Under the pieces are notes generated by a model. The model had not been told where the DNA came from, made no database searches, and saw only the letters and a program-made list of their open reading frames with translations. Source: Methanobacteriota archaeon (GTDB lineage: Archaea > Thermoplasmatota > Thermoplasmata > RBG-16-68-12 > JAJISG01). Taken from it: a stretch of DNA of 64,000 bases. The translations under genes were made by a program, and so were the position numbers. Numbering within the stretch: the stretch's first letter is position 1; every line of letters begins with the position of its first letter. Shown here in pieces: positions 26,848-36,357 of the stretch. The DNA is taken from positions 19,489 through 83,488 of the forward strand of contig JAUVFR010000003.1 of assembly GCA_030594205.1 (NCBI GenBank), written 5' to 3'.

Positions 26848-29001
26848 CTAATCGAAGTCGTAGAGGCCGTACTGGCCTTCGCGAGTGCCTTCCTCGACCT
26901 CCACCTTGCGGCCCAACTGGGCGAGGATGCCTTTCGCGATGCCTGGGCCGATGGTGGGGATACGGGCGAGGGCGGCGATCTCCATGGTGCGCAGATCTTC
27001 CTTCGTCTTGATGTCCCGCTTGAAGAGTGCCCGGGCCCGGACCCGTCCCACGCCGCGCAGGCTTGTAAGGTCCAGGAGCTCCTCCTTGACCCCGTACCCT
27101 ATGCGGGCCAGGAGGCGGCCCAGAGGTCGCAGGCGCTTCTTGCTGAAGAGGCGGCCCAGCTCGTGCATCGCATAGAGGAGCCACTCCCCCATCTGAACCA
27201 TCCGTCGGATGTCCCCCGGGCCCACTCGGAACTTCTTAGTGATGTCGTCCTCGGGAACCTCCTCCATCCAATCTTCCAAGAGACTCGCCGTCTTGACCTC
27301 CGCGAGAAGGAAGTCCTCGTCCTCCGACTCGATGAAGTACTCCTCCGTGGCCGCCTTCTCCTCCACCCATTCGTAGTCCTTGCGGCCGAGGTAGAGGGTG
27401 GGCATGTCAGGGGTCGCGGCGATGGCGTGCAGGTAGGCGAAGTTGTCCCCCTTCCTCTCCGATTTCAGGGCATCCCGGAGGACTACAGCGGAGAGCGGGT
27501 CCACGTAGAGGTCCGACGTCCGCCGACCGAACAGGGTCGGCTTCAGCGCCTCCTCCCGACGGATCATCGCCTCCTCCTCCAAGAAACCCAGGACGCCCTC
27601 GATCCCCTCCTCCATCATGGCGACTCCCCGCTGGTAGGCGTAGAAGGTCCGCTCCATGAAGGCGTGGAGTTCCTTCTCCGTCTGGACGTGGCCCGTGGCG
27701 ATCGCGGCCAGGAGGTGCATGCGGAGGGCCGGCTCGCTACCCAGCTTCGACTCGATGGCCTCGGGTCCTGCGAGGATGTAGTTGTCCATCAACACGGAGA
27801 TGTCCTCCTCGTAGCGGGCGAGGAGAATGGCCTCCCCGAACTCGTCGTACTGCGGGCGGCCAGCTCTGCCGGCCATCTGCTTGACTTCGAGGATCGGGAT
27901 GAAGTCATAGCCGTAGTTCGGTTCGTAGCGGCGCACATCGCGAATTATGACCCGTCGGGCGGGGAGATTAATTCCCATCGCCAAAGAGGGTGTCGCGACA
28001 ATGACCTTCAAGGCGCCTCCGCGAAAGAGGTCCTCCACGATCTTCCGCTGCGGGTTCGTGAGGCCCGCGTTGTGGAAGGCGGATCCGGCCTTGAGGTTCT
28101 GCCCGAGTCGACGGGCGAGGGAGGTGGGTTCTTCCTGCCGCCCCATCATGGACTCGGCCGCTTTGGAGAGGGTCGTCACTTCCTGCCGCCGCAGGTAGGG
28201 CTTCACGGCAGGACGAAGCTTTCGGGCCAACGTCTCGGTGGAGGCACGTGTGTTCACGAACAGGAGGCACTGACCACCCTCCCGGAGCGTATCCCGAACC
28301 AGGGCGGGAATGTCGTCCCCGTCGGGCACGATGAGGTGATGGGAGAGGTCGGACCAGGTAATTCCGCCGTCGAAGTAGACCCCTTCCCTCAGAGGCACAG
28401 GACGCCATGCGCTGACGATGTGCTGCGCCTCCAGCCATCGCGCGAGCTCCGCGGAGTTGGCGATAGTGGCCGAGAGCGCGATTACCTGGGCCCGGGGATT
28501 CACCTGCCGAAGTTTGGCAAGTGTGACTTCCAGGGTGGGACCTCGGCCGGGGTCGTTGATCAGGTGGACCTCGTCGGCCACCACGACGGATAACTGCTTC
28601 AGCCAGTGGGTTCGGTGCCGTAGGAGGGAGTCAGCCTTCTCCGAGGTCGCGATGATGATGTCGTAGCTGACCAGCGTCGGCTCGTCAGAGTCGTAGTCCC
28701 CCATGGAGAGGGCGACACGGATCCCCAGCTCCTCGAAGGGCTTCAGGTCTTCGTACTTCTCCGTGGCCAACGCCCGAAGGGGGACGATGTAGAGGGCCTT
28801 GCCCCCGTTTAGGACAGACTTGAGAAGGGCAAGGTAGGCGACGAGGCTCTTCCCACTCGCCGTGGGGATCGCCAGGACGAGGTTCTCTCCCGCAAGTGCG
28901 GGTCCGATGGCTTCTTCTTGAGGCGGATAGAGCTCCGTGATTCCCTGGCTCTCTATGATGCGCTGGACCCGGGGGTCGATGTCCAGATCCGCGAGGCGCA
29001 T
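26848..29001 (-). CDS. hel308: ATP-dependent DNA helicase Hel308 (Ski2-like)
   Basis: LYPPQEEA, AIPTASGKS (Walker A), DEVH, LSAT, HNAGL and QMAGRAGR, plus a C-terminal winged-helix/ratchet/HhH region. Confidence 0.92.
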   Translation of the reverse strand: MRLADLDIDPRVQRIIESQGITELYPPQEEAIGPALAGENLVLAIPTASGKSLVAYLALLKSVLNGGKALYIVPLRALATEKYEDLKPFEELGIRVALSMGDYDSDEPTLVSYDIIIATSEKADSLLRHRTHWLKQLSVVVADEVHLINDPGRGPTLEVTLAKLRQVNPRAQVIALSATIANSAELARWLEAQHIVSAWRPVPLREGVYFDGGITWSDLSHHLIVPDGDDIPALVRDTLREGGQCLLFVNTRASTETLARKLRPAVKPYLRRQEVTTLSKAAESMMGRQEEPTSLARRLGQNLKAGSAFHNAGLTNPQRKIVEDLFRGGALKVIVATPSLAMGINLPARRVIIRDVRRYEPNYGYDFIPILEVKQMAGRAGRPQYDEFGEAILLARYEEDISVLMDNYILAGPEAIESKLGSEPALRMHLLAAIATGHVQTEKELHAFMERTFYAYQRGVAMMEEGIEGVLGFLEEEAMIRREEALKPTLFGRRTSDLYVDPLSAVVLRDALKSERKGDNFAYLHAIAATPDMPTLYLGRKDYEWVEEKAATEEYFIESEDEDFLLAEVKTASLLEDWMEEVPEDDITKKFRVGPGDIRRMVQMGEWLLYAMHELGRLFSKKRLRPLGRLLARIGYGVKEELLDLTSLRGVGRVRARALFKRDIKTKEDLRTMEIAALARIPTIGPGIAKGILAQLGRKVEVEEGTREGQYGLYDFD

Positions 29002-29070
29002 CCCGGTATCTATTTCGCATCTTCGGATAAGCTTTCCCGGGTCGCCTGGGTCGCCGGTTCCGACAGCCTT

Positions 29071-30753
29071 ATGGCGGTCCCCCCGCTCGGGGACCCCATG
29101 ACCGACGAGGCGTTCGACCGGCTTGCAGAGGAGTTCTTCCAGGCCTGGGTCGAGAGGTTCCCCGTCCTCGGCACGTTCTTAGGCCTCCACGAGTACGACA
29201 GCCAGCTTTCCGGAAATTCCCGCGCCTTCTATGAGGAAACCCTGGATTTCACCCAGGAGACGCGGCGGAGATTCGAGAAGCTGAACGTGGAGGACCTGAG
29301 CGGGAGTCGGCGACTGGACCGGGACGTGGCCCTTTACACCCTCGACATGAGCGCTTTCCAGCTCGGAGAAATGCGTACCTGGGAATCGAGGCCCGAAGGC
29401 GCCGAGGACTTGGGCGAGTCTCTGTTTCCCCTCTTTGCGCGGACGTTCGCCCCCCTCGCCACGCGGCTCGAGAGCATGACGGCCCGCCTCCGGGCGGGGC
29501 CGGCGTACCTGGATCAGATCGAGAGCCGTCTCTCCCACCCCGTCAAGCTTTGGACGGAGATGGCCATCGAGGCGGCGGAGCGGTTGCCCGCCTTTCTGGG
29601 GGCGATCGCTCAGCAAGCGGACAAGGAGGCGACCGCGGACGGACGGAATGCTTTCCATGAGGCACGAGGCGAGGCGGAGGAGGCCCTGCAAGCCTATCGT
29701 GCCTGGCTCGAAGAAGAGGTCCTACCCCGCGCGGAGGAGAGCTTCATCCTGGGGGAGGAGAAATTTGCCCGGCTCGTCGAGCTCCGGGGGCTGGGACGGA
29801 GTCCACAGGAGATTCGTGCCCTGGGCGTCGAATACCTCGAAGAGGCGAAACGGGATCTGGGGGAGGTCGCAGCGGTCATCGATCCGAAGGCGTCGGTGGA
29901 GGAAGTTTCCGAGCGGATCCATGCCGATCATCCGGCAGATTTCGCCGGGGTCCTGGAAGCGGTGCGAGCGGTCAACGAGGAGGCGCGGGCCTTCGTTCGC
30001 GATCATCGGGTGGCGACCCTTCCGCCGGCGGAACGGCTTCTCGTGGAGGAGACCCCCACCTTCCTCCGGCCCATTCTCCCCTTCGCCGCCTACATGTCCC
30101 CGCCCCGGTTCGAGAAGGTGCAGGAGGGGATTTACATCGTGACGCCACCCTCCGACGGCGAGGACCTCCTCAAGGAGCACAACTTCGCCTCGATCCGCAA
30201 CACCGCGGTCCATGAGGGGTATCCGGGGCATCACCTGCAGCTCTCCGCGGCGAACCTTCACCCGTCCCTCATCCGAGTTCTTGCGGGGGGGACGGGGGTG
30301 GCGGAAATGGTGGAAGGGTGGGCCCACTACTGCGAGGACCTGATGCGCGAACTCGGCTTCATGGACACGCCGGAGATCCGGTTCGTTCAGCTACAGGACC
30401 TCATCTGGCGAGCCGCGCGGATCATCATCGACGTGGACCTCCATGCGGGGCGCATGGGCTTCGACGAGGCGGTCCAGATGCTCGTCAAGGAGGCGGGGAT
30501 GGCGGAGGCCTCCGCCATTGCCGAGGTGAAGCGTTACACCCAGTACCCGACCTACCAGCTGAGCTACCTCTTGGGCAAACACCTCATCAGAGGGCTCCGG
30601 GAGGACGTGGAGAAGCGCATGGGGGAGAACTTCTCCCACGCCTTCTTCCACGACGCCATCATCTACGCCGGGTCGATTCCGTTCTACCTGCTCCGCCGGG
30701 CGGTGGAGGACAAGCTGGCCAAGCTCGAGGAAGACGTGGACGACCTCTACTAG
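29071..30753 (+). CDS. DUF885 family protein (metallopeptidase-like)
   Basis: About 560 aa with the HEGYPGHHLQ motif and a helical N-terminal domain typical of DUF885. The start is the first ATG beyond the divergent hel308 start; ATG 29098 is an alternative. Confidence 0.8.
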   Translation: MAVPPLGDPMTDEAFDRLAEEFFQAWVERFPVLGTFLGLHEYDSQLSGNSRAFYEETLDFTQETRRRFEKLNVEDLSGSRRLDRDVALYTLDMSAFQLGEMRTWESRPEGAEDLGESLFPLFARTFAPLATRLESMTARLRAGPAYLDQIESRLSHPVKLWTEMAIEAAERLPAFLGAIAQQADKEATADGRNAFHEARGEAEEALQAYRAWLEEEVLPRAEESFILGEEKFARLVELRGLGRSPQEIRALGVEYLEEAKRDLGEVAAVIDPKASVEEVSERIHADHPADFAGVLEAVRAVNEEARAFVRDHRVATLPPAERLLVEETPTFLRPILPFAAYMSPPRFEKVQEGIYIVTPPSDGEDLLKEHNFASIRNTAVHEGYPGHHLQLSAANLHPSLIRVLAGGTGVAEMVEGWAHYCEDLMRELGFMDTPEIRFVQLQDLIWRAARIIIDVDLHAGRMGFDEAVQMLVKEAGMAEASAIAEVKRYTQYPTYQLSYLLGKHLIRGLREDVEKRMGENFSHAFFHDAIIYAGSIPFYLLRRAVEDKLAKLEEDVDDLY

Positions 30754-30930
30754 TTCTCGTCAACCGAGGGGTGTTCCGCCTCTCGGCCGCTACCCCCTTT
30801 CGTGGCCCGCTCCCGGGACACCCCCGGATCGGTCTAAGGGCCGTCCATCCTCCGGAGGAGACGTCCGCCCACAACCTTCTCCGTCCGAGGGAATCGGCAC
30901 GGCTTTCTTCCCTGGCGCCCCTAGACCAAC

Positions 30931-30937
30931 TTTAATA
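30931..30937 (+). promoter_or_regulatory. TATA box candidate for the PyrE-like regulator gene
   Basis: TTTAATA ends 30 nt upstream of the ATG at 30968, so the leader is very short or absent. Confidence 0.35.
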
Positions 30938-30967
30938 GCGGGCCCCAGGTTACGCCCGGGGTACGCC

Positions 30968-31561
30968 ATGAAGAGCATCGACGCCCTGGTTCGCAAGGCC
31001 ATGGAGTTCAAGGAGAAGGGCCTCAGCGAGAAGGAGATCGGGGACGAGCTCCACCTCTCGCCTGAAACGGTCACCTGGTTACTCACCCGCGGAGTGCGGG
31101 GGGAGTCCCCGCCTCAGGACATCAAGATTGGCTGGCGCTCGATCGGCGTCTTCGGCAGCCGGATGGGCTTCATCGCCGCGGCCATGACGGATGTCATCCT
31201 GGAGGAACTGGAGAAGCGGGACCTGGATGTCGACTCCATCCTGGGGATCGCAATCAACGGGATTCCCTACGCCACCCTCGTCTCGGAGGACATGGGCAAG
31301 GAGCTTGTGGTCTTCCGGCCTAGCCACTCTCGGCCGGAGGGTGGGGCCTTTAGCTCCAACTATGCGGGGGTCGACGGCAAGAGCGTCGTCATCGTAGATG
31401 ACGTCCTCAGCACGGGAGAGACCATTCGAGGCGCCATCCGGGAGACGCAGGAGGCGGGCGGACAGGTCATCCTGACTGTGGTCTTGGTCAACAAGACGGA
31501 CCGTGACGACGTGGACGGCGTTCCCCTGCGGGCCCTCATCCGGGCCCGAGGCATCGCGTGA
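30968..31561 (+). CDS. orotate phosphoribosyltransferase-like protein (PyrE-like/GfcR-type: HTH + PRTase domain)
   Basis: N-terminal HTH (LSEKEIGDELHLSPETVTWLL) fused to a PRTase fold with the PRPP loop VVIVDDVLSTGET. Confidence 0.8.
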   Translation: MKSIDALVRKAMEFKEKGLSEKEIGDELHLSPETVTWLLTRGVRGESPPQDIKIGWRSIGVFGSRMGFIAAAMTDVILEELEKRDLDVDSILGIAINGIPYATLVSEDMGKELVVFRPSHSRPEGGAFSSNYAGVDGKSVVIVDDVLSTGETIRGAIRETQEAGGQVILTVVLVNKTDRDDVDGVPLRALIRARGIA

Positions 31562-31567
31562 TGAGGG

Positions 31568-33151
31568 ATGCACTGGTTCGATGAGCTCTATCCCTCGGTA
31601 GAGGCGTTTCTAGCGGAGAAGGATTCCGTCGTCTGCAACGCCGGCCTCTCCGTCTCCGGCCTCCAGCACGTGGGAAGGCTGCGGGGGGAGATCGTCCTCA
31701 ACCACTTCATCGCCGAGGGACTCCGCGCCGCGGGGAGGACCGTCAGGCAGCATCTCGTGGTCTACACGCAGGACCGATGGAAGGGGACGCCCAACCAGGT
31801 GGCCCAGTTCTCCGGGGACGAGGGGCAGGCCTACGCGGGCTACCGGATGATCGAGGTGCCCGATCCCCACGGGTGCCACCCGAACTGGGTCGACCACTAC
31901 TGGGAGGGCTTCGCGGGCCCTATGGACGTGTTCGCACCAGGGGTCGAGGCGACCCGGACCACCGACTTGTATCGGACCGAGCGGATGCAGGCCCTGGTCC
32001 GACAAATCGCGGACCGAGCGAACGAGTTCCGTGAGGTCGTGAACCGATACCGCCCCCGCAATCCTCACCCCTCCGGGTGGATCCCGTTTGAGCCCCTCTG
32101 TCTCACCTGCCGCCGCATCGGGGAGTCGCGCGCCCTTGGTTTCACCGACGGGGAGGTCGAGTACGAGTGCGAGTGCGGGGGGGAAGGCGCTTCGCCTCTG
32201 GAGTTAGGCAAGCTCAATTGGCGCATCGAGTGGGCGGCGCTTTGGTCCCTGCTCGGAGTGGACGTGGAGCCCTTTGGGAAGGACCACGCGACCCCAGGCG
32301 GGTCGCGGGAGACCTCGAAGGTGATTGCCGAGACCCTCCTGGGCATTCGGGCACCCTTTGGAATCCCCTACGAGTGGGTCGGCTACGCGGAGGGAGGGAA
32401 GGATCGGGGCGACATGGAGAGTTCGGGCTTTCTGGGGTTCGGCCCCCAGACCTGGCTCGATGTAGCCGATCCGGAGGTCCTGCGGTTCCTCTTCGCCGCG
32501 GTGCCGATTCGACGTCGGATGGTCCTCGATCTCTCCCAGTTGGACGCCTATCACCAACGGTATGACCAGGCGGAAGCGTCGCACTACGGGGGTTCGGAGG
32601 CCGATGCAGGTCGTGCCTATCTCCTCGCCCAGCTGGCACCCCCTCCCGAAGAAGCTCCATTCCAGCTCGCCTACCGGCACGCCGCCCTCCTCGCGCAGGT
32701 GGCGCCGGCCGAGGACTCCATCGGGTGGTCCTTGGAGAGGCTGCACGAGACGGGGCTGTTTGATGGGGAGCCGAGCCCGTGGGAGCGTGACCGGATTGCG
32801 AGACGTCTGGAGCAGGCCCGAAGCTGGGCGCGCGCCTATGCCCCCTCGCAGCAACGGTTGGAGGTCCAGAAGGAGCTACGGAAGGAGGCGATGCCCCAAG
32901 GCCCCGAGAGGGAAGCCTTGGCCCACCTGCGGGCCGCCATCGCCGACATCCCGTGGAAGGAGGAGGCAATCAAGGAGGCCATGGTTCGGCTGACGGGCGA
33001 AGGAAGACTTCCGGTTTCCACGACCCGGTTCTTCGCGGCCCTTTACAGGGTCTTCCTGGGGAACCCCTCGGGTCCTCGGGCGGCCCCTCTGCTGGCGGTT
33101 CTGGATCGGGAGTTCGTCCTCCAGCGCCTGGCGGAGGCCAGCGAGGCATAG
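31568..33151 (+). CDS. lysK: lysine--tRNA ligase, class I
   Basis: MHWFDEL..., GLSVSGLQHVGRLRGEI (the HIGN-equivalent) and FGKDH. The size and layout are those of archaeal class I LysRS. The KMSKS-equivalent reads DMESS (see findings). Confidence 0.85.
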   Translation: MHWFDELYPSVEAFLAEKDSVVCNAGLSVSGLQHVGRLRGEIVLNHFIAEGLRAAGRTVRQHLVVYTQDRWKGTPNQVAQFSGDEGQAYAGYRMIEVPDPHGCHPNWVDHYWEGFAGPMDVFAPGVEATRTTDLYRTERMQALVRQIADRANEFREVVNRYRPRNPHPSGWIPFEPLCLTCRRIGESRALGFTDGEVEYECECGGEGASPLELGKLNWRIEWAALWSLLGVDVEPFGKDHATPGGSRETSKVIAETLLGIRAPFGIPYEWVGYAEGGKDRGDMESSGFLGFGPQTWLDVADPEVLRFLFAAVPIRRRMVLDLSQLDAYHQRYDQAEASHYGGSEADAGRAYLLAQLAPPPEEAPFQLAYRHAALLAQVAPAEDSIGWSLERLHETGLFDGEPSPWERDRIARRLEQARSWARAYAPSQQRLEVQKELRKEAMPQGPEREALAHLRAAIADIPWKEEAIKEAMVRLTGEGRLPVSTTRFFAALYRVFLGNPSGPRAAPLLAVLDREFVLQRLAEASEA

Positions 33152-33153
33152 AC

Positions 33154-33909
33154 GTGGACCTTTACGCGCATTCCGCGCCGTACTACGACCTGATCTATGG
33201 CGCCATTGTGGATTACGAACGAGAAGCCGATCTCCTGGAAGAGGTGTGGCGGCGGTACGCAGCGCGCCCCATCAAGCGGGTGCTGGACCTGGGATGCGGC
33301 ACGGGGAACCACGCCTTGCTCTTCGCGGCCCGTGGCTATGAGGTCCTAGGGATCGATCAGAGCGAGGCGTTCGTGGCCCTGGCCCGGGGGAAGGCGGGGG
33401 ATGAGGATCTACGATTTGAGGTAAGAGATATGCGCCACTTGGAGGCCCTGGACCGTTTCGACGCCCTCGTCTGCATGTTCGGGGCTTTCGACCACCTCTC
33501 GCGGGCGGATGCGAGGACGGCCCTGCGTGGGTTCCGGGACCACCTGGAGCCGGGGGGCATCCTAACTTATGAGTGGTGGAACGAGCGGGGGGCCAGACAC
33601 GGCCACCAAGATTGGCTGGACCGGGAAGGAGAGGGGATCCGACTCATCCGATTGGGGCAGGCGAACGTGAACGCGGAGGAGCACAGCCTGAGAATGACCC
33701 TCAAGCACATCATCCTCCGTGACGACCGTCTGGAGGATATCTTCACCGAAGAGGACACGATGGCCCTCTACGGAGCGGCGGAAATGGGTGCCCTCCTGTC
33801 CGAGGCGGGCCTGAATGCCCTGGCCATGTTGGACTGGTCGCGCAAGGTCCTCGAGCCCTATCGCCCCGACGATTTCCGAGTGCTTGCGGTGGCCCGACGA
33901 GATCGCTGA
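33154..33909 (+). CDS. class I SAM-dependent methyltransferase
   Basis: VLDLGCGTGNHALLFA (motif I), GIDQSEAF, FDALVCMF. The GTG at 33154 lies 3 nt after the lysK stop. Confidence 0.8.
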   Translation: MDLYAHSAPYYDLIYGAIVDYEREADLLEEVWRRYAARPIKRVLDLGCGTGNHALLFAARGYEVLGIDQSEAFVALARGKAGDEDLRFEVRDMRHLEALDRFDALVCMFGAFDHLSRADARTALRGFRDHLEPGGILTYEWWNERGARHGHQDWLDREGEGIRLIRLGQANVNAEEHSLRMTLKHIILRDDRLEDIFTEEDTMALYGAAEMGALLSEAGLNALAMLDWSRKVLEPYRPDDFRVLAVARRDR

Positions 33910-33949
33910 CGGAAGCCTTTTAGGTCGAGGCTAAGCTCAGACTCCCCGC

Positions 33950-34042
33950 AGCCCCGTGGTGTAGCGGTCAATCATGCGAGGCTCTGGATCGGCCAGACCG
34001 AGGAGAGACCTCGTGACGGCAGTTCGAATCTGCCCGGGGCTA
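33950..34042 (+). tRNA. tRNA-Gln (anticodon CUG) with a 20-nt intron after position 37
   Basis: Acceptor AGCCCCG/CGGGGCT (A1-U72, typical of archaeal tRNA-Gln), anticodon stem CGAGG/CCTCG, loop CT-CTG-G, intron 33988..34007, T arm GGCAG-TTCGAAT-CTGCC. A TATA-like TTTTAG lies about 28 nt upstream. Confidence 0.85.
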
Positions 34043-34045
34043 TCC

Positions 34046-34618
34046 TCACGGGGCCAGGAGCCTGTGGAGTTCGGGTTCCCCCTCGATGGGGCCTCGCACG
34101 ACGAGCAGGTCTCCCTCGAGGAGCCGGGTGTCCTCATCCGGTCCGTAGATCCAGGACCCCTCCCTCCGGATGGCAAGGACCCAGGCACCGGTCTCGGAAG
34201 CCACCTTCAGCTCTCCCAAGGTGCGCCCCGAGGCGGGCGAGCCCGCAGGGACCGTGACGGTCGAGATGCTCGTATCCGATTCCTTCAGCGCCTCCGCGAT
34301 GATGGGATGGGGCTCGATGTCACGCAGCACCACGTCGGCGATCTGCAAGGCCCCGTCCGCGATGTCTTCGATCGAAGACGCGATCCGGATGAAAACGAGG
34401 GCCTTCTGCACGTCCCCGTCCTCGATGGCCCGCTCCACGGCCTCCTGTTGGACCGCCTGGTCCCATGCGTCGATGCGATCCTCCAACTCGAGGACGTGGC
34501 GCGCGATCTCCTGGTTCGAGTAGAGGAGGGCGGAGTAGGCGAGGTCGACCATGAGTTCGGAGGTGTCCTTCATCTCCCGCAGCGTCTCTTCGAGAGTCAG
34601 GAGCTCGCCTCCGGCCAT
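34046..34618 (-). CDS. PhoU-like + TrkA-C domain regulatory protein
   Basis: Helical PhoU-like N-terminal half (MKDTSELMVDLAYSALLY) and a C-terminal TrkA-C/RCK_C domain (GSPASGRTLGELKV...LLEGDLLVVRG). ATG at 34618. Confidence 0.75.
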   Translation of the reverse strand: MAGGELLTLEETLREMKDTSELMVDLAYSALLYSNQEIARHVLELEDRIDAWDQAVQQEAVERAIEDGDVQKALVFIRIASSIEDIADGALQIADVVLRDIEPHPIIAEALKESDTSISTVTVPAGSPASGRTLGELKVASETGAWVLAIRREGSWIYGPDEDTRLLEGDLLVVRGPIEGEPELHRLLAP

Positions 34619-35193
34619 GCCTCCTCGCCCCGGGCGTATCGTCCCAAGCGCTGGAACCCATCCTCTGTTCCTCGCAGCACGAGGAGATCTTCCCCCCGCA
34701 GGACCTCCTCCCCTTCTGGGTCGTAGATCCACTTCCTACCCCGGCGTAGGGCAATGATTCGCATCCCCGTCTCGGTCTCCACCCGGAGGTCCGCGATGGA
34801 CCGACCCACCATGCTTGACCCCTCTTGGAGCTGCAGAGCCCGGAGTTTCTCATCAGCCTCCCCCAGGAGGAAGGGGAGGAACGGACGGGCCTCGATGCGC
34901 TGCTCCAGCAGGTTCACGATGTCCCCGGCGCCATTGGAGATGGTCTCCGCCGCGGAGGCCACCTGGAGGATGCCGGCGAGCTGCTCGGCGTCCTCTTTCG
35001 TCCGACTTGCCATGAGGGCAATCATCCGGATCTGGTAACGAAGGTAGTCCATCCGCTCCTCCAGCTTGCGCACCTCCGCACCCAGGTCATCGCTGTCGAA
35101 CACCAAGGCGGCGTAGGCCAGGTCGACGATGTGCTCGCTGATGTCCTTCATCTCCACTAGGAGGTCCTTCACGCTGGTGGGGGTGTACTCCAC
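34597..35193 (-). CDS. PhoU-like + TrkA-C domain regulatory protein (paralogue)
   Basis: Same architecture (MKDISEHIVDLAYAALVF ... GSSMVGRSIADLRV ... LRGEDLLVLRG). GTG at 35193; a CTG at 35217 overlaps the upstream stop. Confidence 0.7.
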   Translation of the reverse strand: MEYTPTSVKDLLVEMKDISEHIVDLAYAALVFDSDDLGAEVRKLEERMDYLRYQIRMIALMASRTKEDAEQLAGILQVASAAETISNGAGDIVNLLEQRIEARPFLPFLLGEADEKLRALQLQEGSSMVGRSIADLRVETETGMRIIALRRGRKWIYDPEGEEVLRGEDLLVLRGTEDGFQRLGRYARGEEAWPEASS

Positions 35194-35213
35194 CTCGCGG
35201 TGCGCCTCCGATG

Positions 35214-35771
35214 TCAGAGGATCGCCCCCAGAACGAGCACTAGGAAGGCGATGCCTAGCAGATCCCCCATGGTCGTCACGATGGGGGTAACGAAGTTGTC
35301 CGGGTCCAGGCCGTGTCTGAACGTGAGGAGAGCCACGGCCACCGTAACCAGGATGAGGACCCCCGCGAGCATGAGGCCAGTGGTCAGCATGAGGAAGACG
35401 AGCACCTCCAGGCCGAAGGGCGGCGTGCCCGAGAGGACTACCGCGGCTACGTATATGAAAATTGCCAGGAGGACAAAGATCACCACATAAAGGACGAGGG
35501 CGTCCCGGACCTGGGCCCGGAGTCCCCGGTCGGAGACGCGAACCGAGACGGTCCCGGTGTAGAGGCCGGAAGTGAGGCGGGCCCCCAGAACGGTCCCGAC
35601 GTTCCCGCCGACCCCGTTGATGACGGGTACCAGGATGAGGAGGAAGGGCGTGGCGAGGAAGATGGCCTCGCTCGCGTTCAGGATCTGCCCGGCAACGAGG
35701 TTGAACACCAATAGGAAGGCGAGAGCGGGCAGGCTCTCCCGGACGATGCCTGTCCAACGGTAGAACGTCAG
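35214..35771 (-). CDS. MgtE-family divalent cation transporter, membrane domain only
   Basis: LILVPVINGVGGNVGTVLGARLTSGL and GLDPDNFVTPIVTTMGDLLG match the MgtE TM-domain family. Similarity to the paralogue starts before any canonical start codon (see findings). Confidence 0.7.
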   Translation of the reverse strand: MTFYRWTGIVRESLPALAFLLVFNLVAGQILNASEAIFLATPFLLILVPVINGVGGNVGTVLGARLTSGLYTGTVSVRVSDRGLRAQVRDALVLYVVIFVLLAIFIYVAAVVLSGTPPFGLEVLVFLMLTTGLMLAGVLILVTVAVALLTFRHGLDPDNFVTPIVTTMGDLLGIAFLVLVLGAIL

Positions 35772-36325
35772 GGAGTTCCCCCCACGAGAAAGGCCACGAG
35801 GAAAAGGAGGAGGACCGTGACGATGTCCCCCACCGTGGCGAGGGCGGGCGTCGTCACGTTGTCTGGGTCGAGCCCCCGCCGAAAGGCCAGTATGAGGACG
35901 CCGAAGGTTACTCCCACTTGCAGGAGCCCGGCCGCCGTTCCCGCCACAGTGGCGATGAGGACGAGTTTTCCCAGGCCGGCGGAGGGGAGGCCCAGGAGGA
36001 GGGTTGTGAAGTGCCCGAGGACCCCGGTGAGGGCCGAGAGGGTCAGGCTCAGGAGGACCGCCGCCAGGACGCCCTGACGCGCTTCCTCGTTCCACAGGTT
36101 TCCCCTCTCGATGAGGCCCATGTGGATGGCAGACCCCATCCGTGCCCCCATGGCCCCGCTCACCCCGCCGCGGAGGGCGATGAGGACGGGGATCATGACG
36201 ATGAGACCCGGGGTCCGGCGCAGGATGCCCTCCATCTCCCCCAGGAGGAGCCCCGCCACCACGAGCCCGAGCCCCGAGAGGAGCAGGACCGGGAGCGCCT
36301 CCCGGTACACGGAGGGGAGCGGCAT
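35768..36325 (-). CDS. MgtE-family divalent cation transporter, membrane domain only (paralogue)
   Basis: IVMIPVLIALRGGVSGAMGARMGSAIH and GLDPDNVTTPALATVGDIV. ATG at 36325; TTG at 36349 is an alternative. Confidence 0.75.
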   Translation of the reverse strand: MPLPSVYREALPVLLLSGLGLVVAGLLLGEMEGILRRTPGLIVMIPVLIALRGGVSGAMGARMGSAIHMGLIERGNLWNEEARQGVLAAVLLSLTLSALTGVLGHFTTLLLGLPSAGLGKLVLIATVAGTAAGLLQVGVTFGVLILAFRRGLDPDNVTTPALATVGDIVTVLLLFLVAFLVGGTP

Positions 36326-36357
36326 CGCTTGGGGAAGGCCGAAATCCAAAAAAGCGT

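Noticed and set aside
33937-34726. Track ORFs 33937..34188 (-) and 33974..34726 (+), which overlap tRNA-Gln and the PhoU/TrkA-C gene.
   Set aside because: They run through a well-folded tRNA or are antisense to a gene with clear domain signatures, and their sequences are Arg/Pro-rich.
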